Origin: a virus
IMG/VR virus record: IMGVR_UViG_3300032053_000049
Coordinates: 1 to 64,000 of that record
Strand: one strand, 5' to 3'
DNA length: 64,000 nt
Shown one piece after another: positions 39,606 through 50,530 of this stretch. Position numbers and translations under genes: made by a program. The notes beneath the pieces were generated by a model. That model was not told the DNA's origin. It did not search any database and worked only from the letters and a program-made list of their open reading frames with translations. Numbering within the stretch: the first letter of the stretch is position 1; each line of letters starts with the position of its first letter.

Positions 39606-40754
39606 CTAAAAGTCCAATCGGATTTTGCATAAAATTTCGTTAGAAAATGTTTTAATAGCTGGCCGAGAAAGCTTGGCCACGGCAACCAGCTCATTATTAT
39701 TGTTATATAAACCAACACTTGTTATATAAGTTCTTGGATCAGAGACAAAATCTGACCAACGAATCGTTCCTCGTGAGTGAATATTATCTTCGGTTCCATC
39801 ATACACATAAGTAGGATTGTTTGAATAATTGAAATCACGATTTTTTACACGAACAAAATAATGTTGAGCTGGAACATATTCTGATTTACGAACTATTATT
39901 GCTGAATTAGCTTTTTGAAGACTCCAGAATAATACTTGAGGATTTACAGTAGTAGGAACTATTGTTGAATTAATTAACATTCCTTGTGTACTTCCAGCTG
40001 TATAATTTGCTGGTGCTCCTGCTCCAGTAATATTACTTAATCCAACTAATTGATTGATAATTTTAGCATTTAATATAACAACTCCATCATTCGGATATAT
40101 CATTCCTATTCCTTGATATGCTGGAATAGATGTTGTTGAATCATAAATTGAACCTGTAATTAAATCATATACATTATATTTTTGAGTTAAAAATGGAGAA
40201 TCGTCACGAAATGTAAATAAACCATTAGATCCACTAAGACTAATCTGAAATACACCTTCATCAATTCTATCTTTCATTTTATATGATGAAAAATTAAGAA
40301 CAAAAATATCATCTGGAATGTCAGGAGTACTTGTAGCACTACCACTGATAAATGAAAATTGATCTTCTACATTAGATGAACCAAGAAGAAGATTTTTATA
40401 CTGAGTATAAATTGTCTTAGTAGGAAATACTTTGATACTTCCTGTATCCAAATCAAATGAGCCAGAACCTAAATTTCCATAAAAATTTCCATAAGTAATT
40501 GAAAAATATGAATCGTTAGAATTATGATATGTGGTATTTGGAAATACATCAACATAAAACATAGTTCTTCTTATATCATAAATTGAAGAACCGTAAGATG
40601 GTGAAGGAGTAGCAGCAGACTGAGTTAGATCAAAAAATCCACTTTCAAGTAAACTAGCACTCCATACTGTTGTCGAATCAGGCCAAAAACCACTAGCAAT
40701 CCGTGAAGTCCGCCCGGCAACGATGTCTGTCGAATCAAATTTGTTGAAAATCAT
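39606..40754 (-). CDS. virion/baseplate structural protein
   Basis: C-terminal YITSVGLYNNNNELVAVAKLSRP shared with 29712..32414. Confidence 0.7.
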   Translation of the reverse strand: MIFNKFDSTDIVAGRTSRIASGFWPDSTTVWSASLLESGFFDLTQSAATPSPSYGSSIYDIRRTMFYVDVFPNTTYHNSNDSYFSITYGNFYGNLGSGSFDLDTGSIKVFPTKTIYTQYKNLLLGSSNVEDQFSFISGSATSTPDIPDDIFVLNFSSYKMKDRIDEGVFQISLSGSNGLFTFRDDSPFLTQKYNVYDLITGSIYDSTTSIPAYQGIGMIYPNDGVVILNAKIINQLVGLSNITGAGAPANYTAGSTQGMLINSTIVPTTVNPQVLFWSLQKANSAIIVRKSEYVPAQHYFVRVKNRDFNYSNNPTYVYDGTEDNIHSRGTIRWSDFVSDPRTYITSVGLYNNNNELVAVAKLSRPAIKTFSNEILCKIRLDF

Positions 40755-41299
40755 AAATTTTGTATTTCCTTTATAAATATATCTATTGGAGTTATTGTAT
40801 TATTCATTGTAGTTATTTTTGATACATTATTACACATATCTACAAAATAAAATTGTTCAAAATCCTGTTTCATCCAATTTATATCTTTATGAACCCATTG
40901 AACATTCCCCTCAACATATCCAAGATTTGAATTAATCCGGTCAAGAGAAGCTGTAGAAAACTTAGTCATCTTACGTTTTTTTGGAAATGTTAAATCTAAA
41001 CCACTATAAACACACTTTTTATTTTGTTCTATGAATATCTTCCACAAATATTCCATTGTTAAATTAAATGGTATATTTCTTTTTTTAGCTCCTATTTTAG
41101 TTTGATTAAAATATGTCAAGGATATTTCTTCATATCCTTTCCAAAGTTTATTGTTTTTTCCAAGTGGTAAATTCCTACATTTTCCAGCGCAACTCCAACA
41201 TACATCATTAGATTTTATAGCATGATACCATGCTGCATAACACGAATATGGTAATAAAACATCACATTTTGGACATACTCTATTATATTTTTTAGTCAT
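40751..41299 (-). CDS. HNH homing endonuclease
   Basis: AKKRNIPFNLT, KCVYSG, ASLDRINSNLGYVEGNVQWVHKDINWMK. Confidence 0.85.
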   Translation of the reverse strand: MTKKYNRVCPKCDVLLPYSCYAAWYHAIKSNDVCWSCAGKCRNLPLGKNNKLWKGYEEISLTYFNQTKIGAKKRNIPFNLTMEYLWKIFIEQNKKCVYSGLDLTFPKKRKMTKFSTASLDRINSNLGYVEGNVQWVHKDINWMKQDFEQFYFVDMCNNVSKITTMNNTITPIDIFIKEIQNL

Positions 41300-41306
41300 A
41301 TGTTAT

Positions 41307-41948
41307 TTACTGGGCTGTAGGGACCATTACACTAACTTCTATACTCAAACTCCCGCCGCTCTCATTACCAATGATTGTTAAAGTTGTGCTAGTAGTATTT
41401 CCAAGACTACTATTTGGAATAAACTTAAAAGATTGACCTACTACCACCTGAGCACTAGTAGTATTCACATCTCCAGCAAATGTAGGAATTGTACTAGAAA
41501 TCGAATTAATTGAATTAGCCTGTTGAACAACCAATGCTCCTACGTTCTTATTTGACAAAATTGCTGTATATCCGAGAGAAAGATTATAGGCTGGGTTTGT
41601 AGAAGGAGATATAATAATGTCGCCTGTATAATCTCTTGGAACAGAAATCTTGTCTTGAGCAATGCTTATAACCGGAATTGATGTTACACCCTGATTTAAA
41701 CTCACCAACTTATACTTCATAGTCTGTGTTTCGTCAGAAACCGGTTCAAAAATAGGAGTGTTTCTTATAGCAATATCATAAAAAGCACTACCATTTGGAT
41801 GATTTGGTTGATAAAGTGTATAATCAATTTCATCATCGGATAGAGCAAAACTGGTTATGTTCAAATTCCCGTTTTGAGCTAAAAGTTCTCGACCCTTTTT
41901 TGTAAGGATCGCATCAACGGTTACGGTAGAACTGTCCAAATATGACAT
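41307..41948 (-). CDS. virion/baseplate structural protein
   Basis: N-terminal ILTKKGRELLAQ...ITSFALSDD resembles the tail-collar/fibre N-terminal motif. Confidence 0.68.
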   Translation of the reverse strand: MSYLDSSTVTVDAILTKKGRELLAQNGNLNITSFALSDDEIDYTLYQPNHPNGSAFYDIAIRNTPIFEPVSDETQTMKYKLVSLNQGVTSIPVISIAQDKISVPRDYTGDIIISPSTNPAYNLSLGYTAILSNKNVGALVVQQANSINSISSTIPTFAGDVNTTSAQVVVGQSFKFIPNSSLGNTTSTTLTIIGNESGGSLSIEVSVMVPTAQ

Positions 41949-42041
41949 ATATTATATTCCTATTCTTTTTAAAAGTTTATTCATACTTCTCTTCTATAAG
42001 TATTCCTATAAAGATGTTTTTTCTATCTTTTCCTTCTTATA

Positions 42042-45000
42042 TTAAAATCTCCAATTAATAGGACCAGGTTTCCAACTGTCCGACGATGAAGTTATTGAAT
42101 TTGATTTTTTAGATAAATCAGTCAATATTGGTTGAGTTGTTGATTTACTAAAAACTGCAGATTTCTTAGTAATATTAGAAAACATAGATACCGTTGATGA
42201 TGGTTTGGTTTCTGATTCTCTATTGAGAGGATTTGAAATCATTCCTTGAGGATTTGATGTAATAGATGTTCCGTCTGGAATAAGTGTACCAGCGGAAGAC
42301 GGAGCATATTGAATAACATTACTAGCATTTACAACATTAATGTTACTGGTGTTACTGGATAATACAGGATATGTTCCGTCATCAATACCAAACTCATTGA
42401 TGGTTGTATCAATTGTTTGTTGTCCTTTTATATAAATTACGTTGGCAGTCAACGTGCTATATTTACCATATTTAGTTTTACTAAATTTTTCCATTTTATG
42501 AGTATAATGATTTTTAGGATAACCACTCACAATTTCAAAATAACGATTTGTTGGTCTAAGTGCTAATGTATAATTGCTTAAATCGGATGGAAAAAATGGT
42601 CCAGGAACTAAATAAACATTACTGACTGTTTGATCTGGAGTTCCAATAAATGTACTATCAGCATGTCTATAATTGCCAAACCAATAATCTAAAGACGGAT
42701 CTGAATTACCATTAGCATCATTCGTTTTATAATACCAATAAACTAAATCTCTCATCATTGCTTCTGATACCACAATGTATTTATAAAGATAAATTGAAGA
42801 TGAATCATATAGATTTTCAGATGGATTTTCTGACCTTATATATTCTCCGGTTTTAGCATAATAATGATACTTATCCCACGCTTTTAATATGTAAGAAAGT
42901 TTTTGATGAACTGGATTGGCCGTGAGATTTATTGAATCATATATTGGTTTTTGACTAGATGTAATAATTAATCTTTCATCCATTCCAATATCATACGTTG
43001 TAGATCCTTTTATTCCAAAAATAGGTAAACTACCAGAACTTTCCCACTGACGATCAAACATTTGAAAATTTGGATATTGACCAAACTGAATCTCATCTGT
43101 AAAATCTGTTATATATCCTCCAATTCCAACATCTATATTACACGGCATAATTTTTAAAGGATTAGAGATGTATCCAAGATCTATTGTTTCAGAATATCCT
43201 ATAAATCTAGAAGAAGTATCAAATTGTCCCCATAAAACACTCATCGAAAAATTATATAGATTATCTATTGTCGCTGGTGTTGTAAAATCAACTATACTGG
43301 ATGATATTGGTTTATTTTGATACTTTGGACGCTCTAATATTGTAGGTTCAATCACTACTCCTGTAAATAAATTCGTTCTTGCTGGAACTACATTCTTAAT
43401 TGCTTCAAAAATTGATTTATCAAAATAAAACTTATAAATTGTTAACATTTCATTGAATAATGTCTTTTTATTTCCAAAAGAATTATATTCAACATTTTTA
43501 TTTATTAAATCGGAATATCTACTCTTATAAATATTTCTTGGATCTCCTATTAATTCCATTATTCCTGATCTACCAATATATCTTAGGATGTCTTTATTTT
43601 TAGAATCTTGTGGATCAATAAAAAATCCAATTTGATTTGATTCTCCAGTAACAGTTACATGTTCATCAAACGTAGATTTATCATTAGAATCAAATCTGGC
43701 CTCTACCGAATAATCCATTTTACGAATTTTTCTATTTTTAAATTTATTAGGTCCAAATTTAGATCCGTCAATATCTTGTTGATATTCATATTCTCTGAAA
43801 TGCCACGGATAAACAGATGAACTAATCCAAACACAATTATAAGATGCAGACCAATTTGGATCAATTACTTCTGGAAAATTTAAAGCGACTATATCCGTAG
43901 ATCCTGTAGGATAATATGTTTGCCATAACGTTGTAATTATTTCTTGAGATGCTGAGTATGCTGTAGGTATTACCGAAGAACTAAGATAAGTGGAAGATCT
44001 ATAATTAGGAATGTAGAAATAATCAGATTGATTGTCAATCCACATTTCTGATGGACTTCCAGTATGCATACTTTGTGGATAATCCCAATTTAAACGAACC
44101 CAAAGGTTTCTAAAAGCGTTAGAACCACTAAATCCATAAGAATTTAAATCGTTTACATGTTCTTCAAAATCATTATCATCAAGAGAAATATCCCAAATAT
44201 TTAATTTGTCAAGAGTTCCTACAAATGTTCCATCACTTAACCAAAATCTTCCATATTGAGAAAAAATTCTATTATCTTGAGCATAAAAATTTAAAGATGT
44301 AGACGAATAAAATATTTTCCTTCCATCTTCATTTCTTTGTATTGTTAAATCATAAAGACACGGAGTAGCATTAGAATCAACATTATATTCAAAATCTGGA
44401 GATACATCTTTCCTTCTAACCATTACACTAAAAATTTTACCATTAAAGATTGGAAGGACATCACTTGTTAAAGTTGCTCCTGTAGACCCACTTCCCATTT
44501 GTAGTGCTATTTTACCAGTATACTGTCCAGGGGTTTTATAAATATCGACATACCATGCTGATTCAGAACTTCCATATGGATATAAAGTAAATAACCTAAT
44601 TCTTTGCCATTCTTCATAATTCTCTGGGTTTTCTACAGAAAACTTAAATTCTATTGTTTTTGCTGATTGAGGAAACGGACCTTCGATTCTATCATTAACT
44701 CCTGAAAACCTAAGCATATAAGTTTTTTCATCTAACTTATAAGTTGGAGTAGAATCTTCGGATGAATCTATTCCACCATATTCTCTTATACTTATTAAAG
44801 ACGAAGGAAGTCCATAACAAGACATTAAATATTTTACACATTCTTCCGTTCCTTTTGTCTTATAAATTCCAGGTAAAGTAACAAGTATTCTATTCCAAAT
44901 TATCTGTAATCTGTTCTGAGCTGATAGAACATTATAAGTTGGAGAATTTAAACTATTTAAATAAACATCGTCTACGTTAAGATTGTTAATAATATCATCA

Positions 45001-46955
45001 ACATTCCAACCAAACGAATACAATAATTCTTTTAAAGTATTTGTCGGTAAACTCGAACTTATTTGATTAAAAACATGTGTTTCAATCGGCAGGGCTGAAA
45101 TATAAGTATAAATGTTATCAAAATGATGCCCCACCATTGATAAAAATGTAAGATAATCTCCGTTATCTTTTGAATTTTCAGTTAAATATTCAGGAGTATT
45201 ATTAACTAAATTATCTCTATTATATTTATCGTATTTTGAAGCCGATATTGTATAATTTTCTACATAAAGTTCATTTTCAAATGAATCAGACGTTACATTA
45301 TAAATAAAATTTTCGCCATCAAACAAATATGATTCATAACCATCAAACGATGATATCAATTCATTTATTTGTTCTTGAACTTTTGTTTTTTCTGTTAAAT
45401 AGAATGGATATATTACAGACAAAGAAAGACTATTATTGTATTTAGTATTGATTTCTGATAAAGAACTACTAAGAGTATAATAGGTTGCCATTTTTGTTTT
45501 AAAGATATTAATTCTAGTAGCAGCAGAAGAAAATACAATAAAATTATTAAAATCCGAATAATCTGTATCTAATTTTTTTAATTCTTTATTTACATAAACA
45601 TCATTATTTATATCATTTGATAATGTTAAATCATCTTCGGAGTATAATTTATTAACATTTTCTTTATTTATAAATTTAGTTGTGGTTCCGAAATTTGGAG
45701 GACCGATAATTAATGTCTTATATTTTACTGGATTTTGAAGAATAGCAGTAAACACATAAGGAGACATACCAAAGTTAGATATCCAACATTCATCTTTGAT
45801 AATAAAATCAGGAGGTAATGCGTTTGCTAATTTTATTACTAATGTTAATGGATCTCCAGAGGACTGTCTTTCATCAAGATAATTGTGATCTATAATAGAA
45901 AAATATAAATTTTCACCAAAATTTAATACGTTTTTAAATGGTCCAAAATATTTCTTTTGGTGTTCATTTTGAATGGTATATATGAAATATTCATAAAAAT
46001 ATTGTACAAAAAAATCATAACAAAATACCTTAGCATCATAATAATCTTGACCTTTTTGTTCTTTATATTGTGAAAATGCTTGATCAATACGAAGAATAGT
46101 AAATTCTTTAAATTTATTTTCAATATCATCAAAATCAGCAATAATATTATTACCTTGTAAAAGATAATTGTTAAAATAAGATTTAATTCCTTGAATTCTT
46201 TGTATTCTTGTCGGGTCTAATCCCAACGAAATTTGTTCTTCTGTTAAACTTGTATACCTAATATAATCTTCATATAAATTTTTCAAAAATCTTATGACAG
46301 ATGCATCATCATTTAAAAAGAAAATATTTTTGAAAAAATTGATACTCTCTTCGTATCTGTCATACATAAGAGTATAAATATTATCATATGGACAATTTTG
46401 AGTTACTGATAAAAGTACAGGAGAAATATCACTTATAGGAAATTTTTTGAAACAAAATGCTGTATAAGGTATATTATTTGTATTAATAGGCAATAACTTA
46501 ATTTCTGTTCTTGATGGAGAAATGTCATTAATGACTAACTTACTACTTGGATTTCCTGCCATTTCTCTTGTAAAAATATATGAAACTTTATATGATCCGT
46601 CGGTAATTCCCATTGTATCCAAATCATTTATTGGATCTATAAGAATATTTTTACTTTTGTAAATTACAAATTGACTATTTAATTCGTTATAAGTGTATTC
46701 TATAGAATTATTTAAAGTATTGGTGTATGTTAAAGTAACTTTATTGTAGTCCTTTTTTTGATCCGACACACTCCAACTAATAAAATTATCATTGGTATCA
46801 TAAACTGATATTTCTGTTACATCTCTTTCAGAATAACCAAAAAATATATCTACACTTTGAGAAGATAAAAATAATGAAGTATCTTGTTCATTTAAAAATG
46901 ATCCGGAATAAATACTACCTGTAAAATTTCCTAATATTGGATATGATAATGACAT
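42042..46955 (-). CDS. large baseplate wedge protein (T4 gp7-like)
   Basis: 1637 aa; FLSMVGHHFD, IYKTKGTEECVKYLMSCYG, KNVVPART motifs; position near gp6. Confidence 0.65.
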   Translation of the reverse strand: MSLSYPILGNFTGSIYSGSFLNEQDTSLFLSSQSVDIFFGYSERDVTEISVYDTNDNFISWSVSDQKKDYNKVTLTYTNTLNNSIEYTYNELNSQFVIYKSKNILIDPINDLDTMGITDGSYKVSYIFTREMAGNPSSKLVINDISPSRTEIKLLPINTNNIPYTAFCFKKFPISDISPVLLSVTQNCPYDNIYTLMYDRYEESINFFKNIFFLNDDASVIRFLKNLYEDYIRYTSLTEEQISLGLDPTRIQRIQGIKSYFNNYLLQGNNIIADFDDIENKFKEFTILRIDQAFSQYKEQKGQDYYDAKVFCYDFFVQYFYEYFIYTIQNEHQKKYFGPFKNVLNFGENLYFSIIDHNYLDERQSSGDPLTLVIKLANALPPDFIIKDECWISNFGMSPYVFTAILQNPVKYKTLIIGPPNFGTTTKFINKENVNKLYSEDDLTLSNDINNDVYVNKELKKLDTDYSDFNNFIVFSSAATRINIFKTKMATYYTLSSSLSEINTKYNNSLSLSVIYPFYLTEKTKVQEQINELISSFDGYESYLFDGENFIYNVTSDSFENELYVENYTISASKYDKYNRDNLVNNTPEYLTENSKDNGDYLTFLSMVGHHFDNIYTYISALPIETHVFNQISSSLPTNTLKELLYSFGWNVDDIINNLNVDDVYLNSLNSPTYNVLSAQNRLQIIWNRILVTLPGIYKTKGTEECVKYLMSCYGLPSSLISIREYGGIDSSEDSTPTYKLDEKTYMLRFSGVNDRIEGPFPQSAKTIEFKFSVENPENYEEWQRIRLFTLYPYGSSESAWYVDIYKTPGQYTGKIALQMGSGSTGATLTSDVLPIFNGKIFSVMVRRKDVSPDFEYNVDSNATPCLYDLTIQRNEDGRKIFYSSTSLNFYAQDNRIFSQYGRFWLSDGTFVGTLDKLNIWDISLDDNDFEEHVNDLNSYGFSGSNAFRNLWVRLNWDYPQSMHTGSPSEMWIDNQSDYFYIPNYRSSTYLSSSVIPTAYSASQEIITTLWQTYYPTGSTDIVALNFPEVIDPNWSASYNCVWISSSVYPWHFREYEYQQDIDGSKFGPNKFKNRKIRKMDYSVEARFDSNDKSTFDEHVTVTGESNQIGFFIDPQDSKNKDILRYIGRSGIMELIGDPRNIYKSRYSDLINKNVEYNSFGNKKTLFNEMLTIYKFYFDKSIFEAIKNVVPARTNLFTGVVIEPTILERPKYQNKPISSSIVDFTTPATIDNLYNFSMSVLWGQFDTSSRFIGYSETIDLGYISNPLKIMPCNIDVGIGGYITDFTDEIQFGQYPNFQMFDRQWESSGSLPIFGIKGSTTYDIGMDERLIITSSQKPIYDSINLTANPVHQKLSYILKAWDKYHYYAKTGEYIRSENPSENLYDSSSIYLYKYIVVSEAMMRDLVYWYYKTNDANGNSDPSLDYWFGNYRHADSTFIGTPDQTVSNVYLVPGPFFPSDLSNYTLALRPTNRYFEIVSGYPKNHYTHKMEKFSKTKYGKYSTLTANVIYIKGQQTIDTTINEFGIDDGTYPVLSSNTSNINVVNASNVIQYAPSSAGTLIPDGTSITSNPQGMISNPLNRESETKPSSTVSMFSNITKKSAVFSKSTTQPILTDLSKKSNSITSSSDSWKPGPINWRF

Positions 46956-46958
46956 AAA

Positions 46959-47432
46959 TTATGGTGCATTATCTTGTTCTTCAACAGATAAAGGTAAATA
47001 TGGAAATTCCGATTGAAAATTTGCGGAAGAAAATCCCTGACCAAGTTGAATTCTCAACGGTATAATAATATCTCTTACAGACTGAATACTTGCTGCTGAA
47101 TTATTTTGTTCATTTTCTAAAATTAAAGTATCTAATCTGTTTTGTAATTCTTGATTTTTAATAGTTACAGAATTTAATTGATCTATTATTTCAATTGATG
47201 TCGAAGCGGTGACATTAGTTTTAACAGGTTGAGCAAATTCTGTAAAGGTAATATCATAAAAAGATAAAATTTTATCATTATTATAATTGATATTAGACAG
47301 AGGAATTGATAAATAACTTTGCTGAAATATAGAAGAAGATGGATTTAAAATAACATTACCAACATCATCAAATCGATAATTATATGTTCCATATTTCTCA
47401 AAATTTGTTATTTGAAGTGCAAAATCAATCAT
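46959..47432 (-). CDS. hypothetical protein in baseplate module
   Basis: 157-aa ORF with a short coiled coil. Confidence 0.65.
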   Translation of the reverse strand: MIDFALQITNFEKYGTYNYRFDDVGNVILNPSSSIFQQSYLSIPLSNINYNNDKILSFYDITFTEFAQPVKTNVTASTSIEIIDQLNSVTIKNQELQNRLDTLILENEQNNSAASIQSVRDIIIPLRIQLGQGFSSANFQSEFPYLPLSVEEQDNAP

Positions 47433-47464
47433 TGTATGTATTTTCTATTATTTGTGAAGTGTTT

Positions 47465-49555
47465 TCATCTTATCACTTTAAATATACTACCATCGTCGAT
47501 AATATATACACTTGAACTTTGTTCAATTTTTATTAAAACTTTAAAATATCTTTCTTGTGGTAATCCAGAAGTATCTAACATAAAATAACTACCGTTAAGA
47601 TCACAAGATATTCTTGTATTATCATCAAAATCGAGAATAATTTCTTCGGTTTGATTGTCTTTTATTGCGTAATAAGATCCTGAGGGTAAATATTGAGGAG
47701 TAAGAAATTGAGAAAATTGTGGCAATCTCTGAAAATTTTTCAATGGATATTGTTCTCTTCCAAATATTTTTACTTTTATAATTTGATTATTTTTTACCTT
47801 TTCTGGTATTTTCACAACTGTTATAAATGGATTAGAAACTTGCATTGGTTGTAAACTACTTGAAGCCATTATTACACTACCAGTATATGAATAAGAAGAA
47901 GTATAAACGCTTCCTGTTAATTGAAGTGCCAACGTTCCACCTATATAAATTCCATCAACGAATTGTCCATTAAAACTAGAACTTGTAGATGATGATACAG
48001 TATAAGTTCCTAGTGCTTTACCATTAAATATACTTCCGCTAACATAAGCATAAGCAAAAGGATATATTCCGGACGGAAGTGGTATTGTTACTGTGTGACT
48101 GTAGATATTAGAAATAGGCCAAGAACCTGATAAAGAAGCACTAATAATTTGATAGTTTGTATACCAACCATTAAATGTACTTCCACTAAATGTACCATTG
48201 GAAAATGATCCAGTAATAATATAAGCATCAAATGTCTTACCACAAGGACCGGTTTGCCAAGACGAACTTAAAGTACTACTTCCCGTCATAGTTCCTACTA
48301 TCTTTAATCCTTTAATTAATCCCAATGTTCCATATCCAACTACTGGTCCACCAATTGATTGAATAGTTCTTGTAAGATAAGCATCTCCATTAAACATTCC
48401 AGATATTCCACCAAAAGGCATAGAAAATGTTGATCCAGTGGTTATTGATCCAGAAATACCTTCATTTATTTGTGCTATTGATATACTTGATGTTGTTAAA
48501 CTGCCTGTTACAATAGTAGTATCATTCCATCCTACATCTAAATATGGTGAATAAATTGTATTAGAATCTTGACTGAAGAAATATAAAGACATTCCACTAC
48601 TTGTGGGATTGGTTTCTTCACTAGTCATAACAACTAGTCCACAATTAGATATAGTATTATTAATCCAAGCATTAGCTATATTTGTAACATCCATTGAAAC
48701 ATCTCCCGCTTGATAATTAAATGCTTGAGATGCTGATGGAGTTATTAAATAGGAAGAACCTGTCATTGCCCAAAGACTTCCATTATAACGATCACGAAAT
48801 GACCAACTAGCTCCCTTTGAAGATCCTCCGTCGAAATAATATCCGTCGCCCATATCCCATCCTTCATAAAGAGGATAAGCAATAAGAGAATATCGAATAG
48901 GTAAATTCTCTTCACGGGCACATTTCATTATCAATTTATAAGTTGGATTAACAATACCTCCTGATGAAATAGATTGTGATATAGTAGTTAAATCAAATTG
49001 AAGAAGAGCTCTATTTGCAAAAGTTTTTGTAATTACAACGACATTTTGTTGATTTAATACTTGATATCCATCTAAATTTCCACTATAAATTTTTCCGGTA
49101 AAATTTAAAACTTTACCATTAATATACGAAAGATAATCAGACCATATAGAACCAGATACAGAACCACTAAAAATTCCACTAAAACTTCCACTAAATGAAG
49201 CGGATAACGATCCAGTAAAATTAGAAGAGCTATAAGAAGAAGATAGATAACTTCCCGTTAATGTTCCATTGAAGAAAGATGTGGTAACATTTGATACTGT
49301 ACTACTTGAAATAGATACAATAGCATTAGATGCAGTTCCATAAACCGTAGCATTATAAATTGATCCGGAAAAATTTGTAATACATAAATTTGAAATTGAT
49401 CCTGTGACTGGGTATGATTTAGTAGTCAATGTTTGTTTTGAAGTTATGCTCGGAACTCCTACTCGTAAAACTTCATTTAAACCAAAATTTGAGGTTTCAT
49501 AACCACTAATATTGGTTATGAATGTATCTTTTTCGGGATATAGAAAAATATGCAT
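47465..49555 (-). CDS. virion protein with DNRLRE-like domain and TGS/SGS-rich beta repeats
   Basis: PEKDTFI...NFG..E.LRVG, RALLQFDL, MDVTNIANAW, F.SQD...PYLDV; many G-S/T repeats. Confidence 0.65.
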   Translation of the reverse strand: MHIFLYPEKDTFITNISGYETSNFGLNEVLRVGVPSITSKQTLTTKSYPVTGSISNLCITNFSGSIYNATVYGTASNAIVSISSSTVSNVTTSFFNGTLTGSYLSSSYSSSNFTGSLSASFSGSFSGIFSGSVSGSIWSDYLSYINGKVLNFTGKIYSGNLDGYQVLNQQNVVVITKTFANRALLQFDLTTISQSISSGGIVNPTYKLIMKCAREENLPIRYSLIAYPLYEGWDMGDGYYFDGGSSKGASWSFRDRYNGSLWAMTGSSYLITPSASQAFNYQAGDVSMDVTNIANAWINNTISNCGLVVMTSEETNPTSSGMSLYFFSQDSNTIYSPYLDVGWNDTTIVTGSLTTSSISIAQINEGISGSITTGSTFSMPFGGISGMFNGDAYLTRTIQSIGGPVVGYGTLGLIKGLKIVGTMTGSSTLSSSWQTGPCGKTFDAYIITGSFSNGTFSGSTFNGWYTNYQIISASLSGSWPISNIYSHTVTIPLPSGIYPFAYAYVSGSIFNGKALGTYTVSSSTSSSFNGQFVDGIYIGGTLALQLTGSVYTSSYSYTGSVIMASSSLQPMQVSNPFITVVKIPEKVKNNQIIKVKIFGREQYPLKNFQRLPQFSQFLTPQYLPSGSYYAIKDNQTEEIILDFDDNTRISCDLNGSYFMLDTSGLPQERYFKVLIKIEQSSSVYIIDDGSIFKVIR

Positions 49556-49560
49556 AATAT

Positions 49561-50517
49561 TTAATGAATTAGAGGTAATCTTATAAATTTACACTTTAGA
49601 TGTTTTTCTATTTCTTTTTGCCTTCTAATATCTTTTTCTTTAAGATTACCGTTAAAATTAAAATGCTGTTTTTCATCTACTTCTAATACCACATTTTTTT
49701 CTTTGTCATATCCATCAACCCAATATCCCAATTCTTTAATATAATATTCTCCACCATTTATAGCGTGCTGAAAATTATATCCATTATTTTTCCCATATTC
49801 ATCTATTATTTTACAAGCATTTGCATTAAAAGCCGGTATTAATTGTTGACCATTATTTTTAATATTTTCTATTCTTTTTATATGAGCCAATCTTAAATTT
49901 TTACAATGTTCAACTGAACGTATTCGTGCTTTCATTGCTTTTGATTTATTTTTCTTATAGTCTTCAGAAGAAAAAGTTTTTTTCATTTTTTCTTTAACTT
50001 CTGGTCTTGACATTGCTTTTTTAATAATATCAGATAATTTTTTTCTTGTTTCTAAACTATGATGTTTACCATACATACCATTATTTTTACCACTTCGAAG
50101 AAAAGACAGTTTTCTTCTATATTCTGGATTATCTAATAGCTTTTTTCTAGTCAATACTCCTTTTTCTATAACATCTTTAGGTATAATTTTTCCTGTTAAA
50201 GATTTAGATATTTTCTTTATTGTTTCTTCACTTTTTGGTGGTCTTTTTAATGCAGAGCATTTTTTGCAATCAAAAAATCGTTTATAAGCATATTTAACAT
50301 AATCTTTTCCAGCTTTTCCACTATAACTTATAATTCTATTACAACTTGGACAATTTCTATACCAATTTTCATTTTCTTTCCATAAACCATCAGGAATACA
50401 TTTTGATGCTGCACATTTCCTACAATTTCCATTGCGTTCAATTGCTACACGAAGAAGATTTTCATTTTTATGAACAATATTCTCATTACAAGTTTTACAT
50501 TTTCTTATATATTCCAT
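49561..50517 (-). CDS. free-standing homing endonuclease (NUMOD3 + Vsr/PD-(D/E)XK-like)
   Basis: Cys pairs, NGMYGKHHSLETRKKLS, ELGYWVDGYDKEKNVVLEVDE, RRQKEIEKHLKCKFIR. Confidence 0.82.
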   Translation of the reverse strand: MEYIRKCKTCNENIVHKNENLLRVAIERNGNCRKCAASKCIPDGLWKENENWYRNCPSCNRIISYSGKAGKDYVKYAYKRFFDCKKCSALKRPPKSEETIKKISKSLTGKIIPKDVIEKGVLTRKKLLDNPEYRRKLSFLRSGKNNGMYGKHHSLETRKKLSDIIKKAMSRPEVKEKMKKTFSSEDYKKNKSKAMKARIRSVEHCKNLRLAHIKRIENIKNNGQQLIPAFNANACKIIDEYGKNNGYNFQHAINGGEYYIKELGYWVDGYDKEKNVVLEVDEKQHFNFNGNLKEKDIRRQKEIEKHLKCKFIRLPLIH

Positions 50518-50530
50518 ATCTTTAAAAATT

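Noticed and set aside
41952-41984. 10-codon mini-ORF MNKLLKRIGI between a promoter motif and 41948
   Set aside because: Too short to distinguish from chance in AT-rich DNA.
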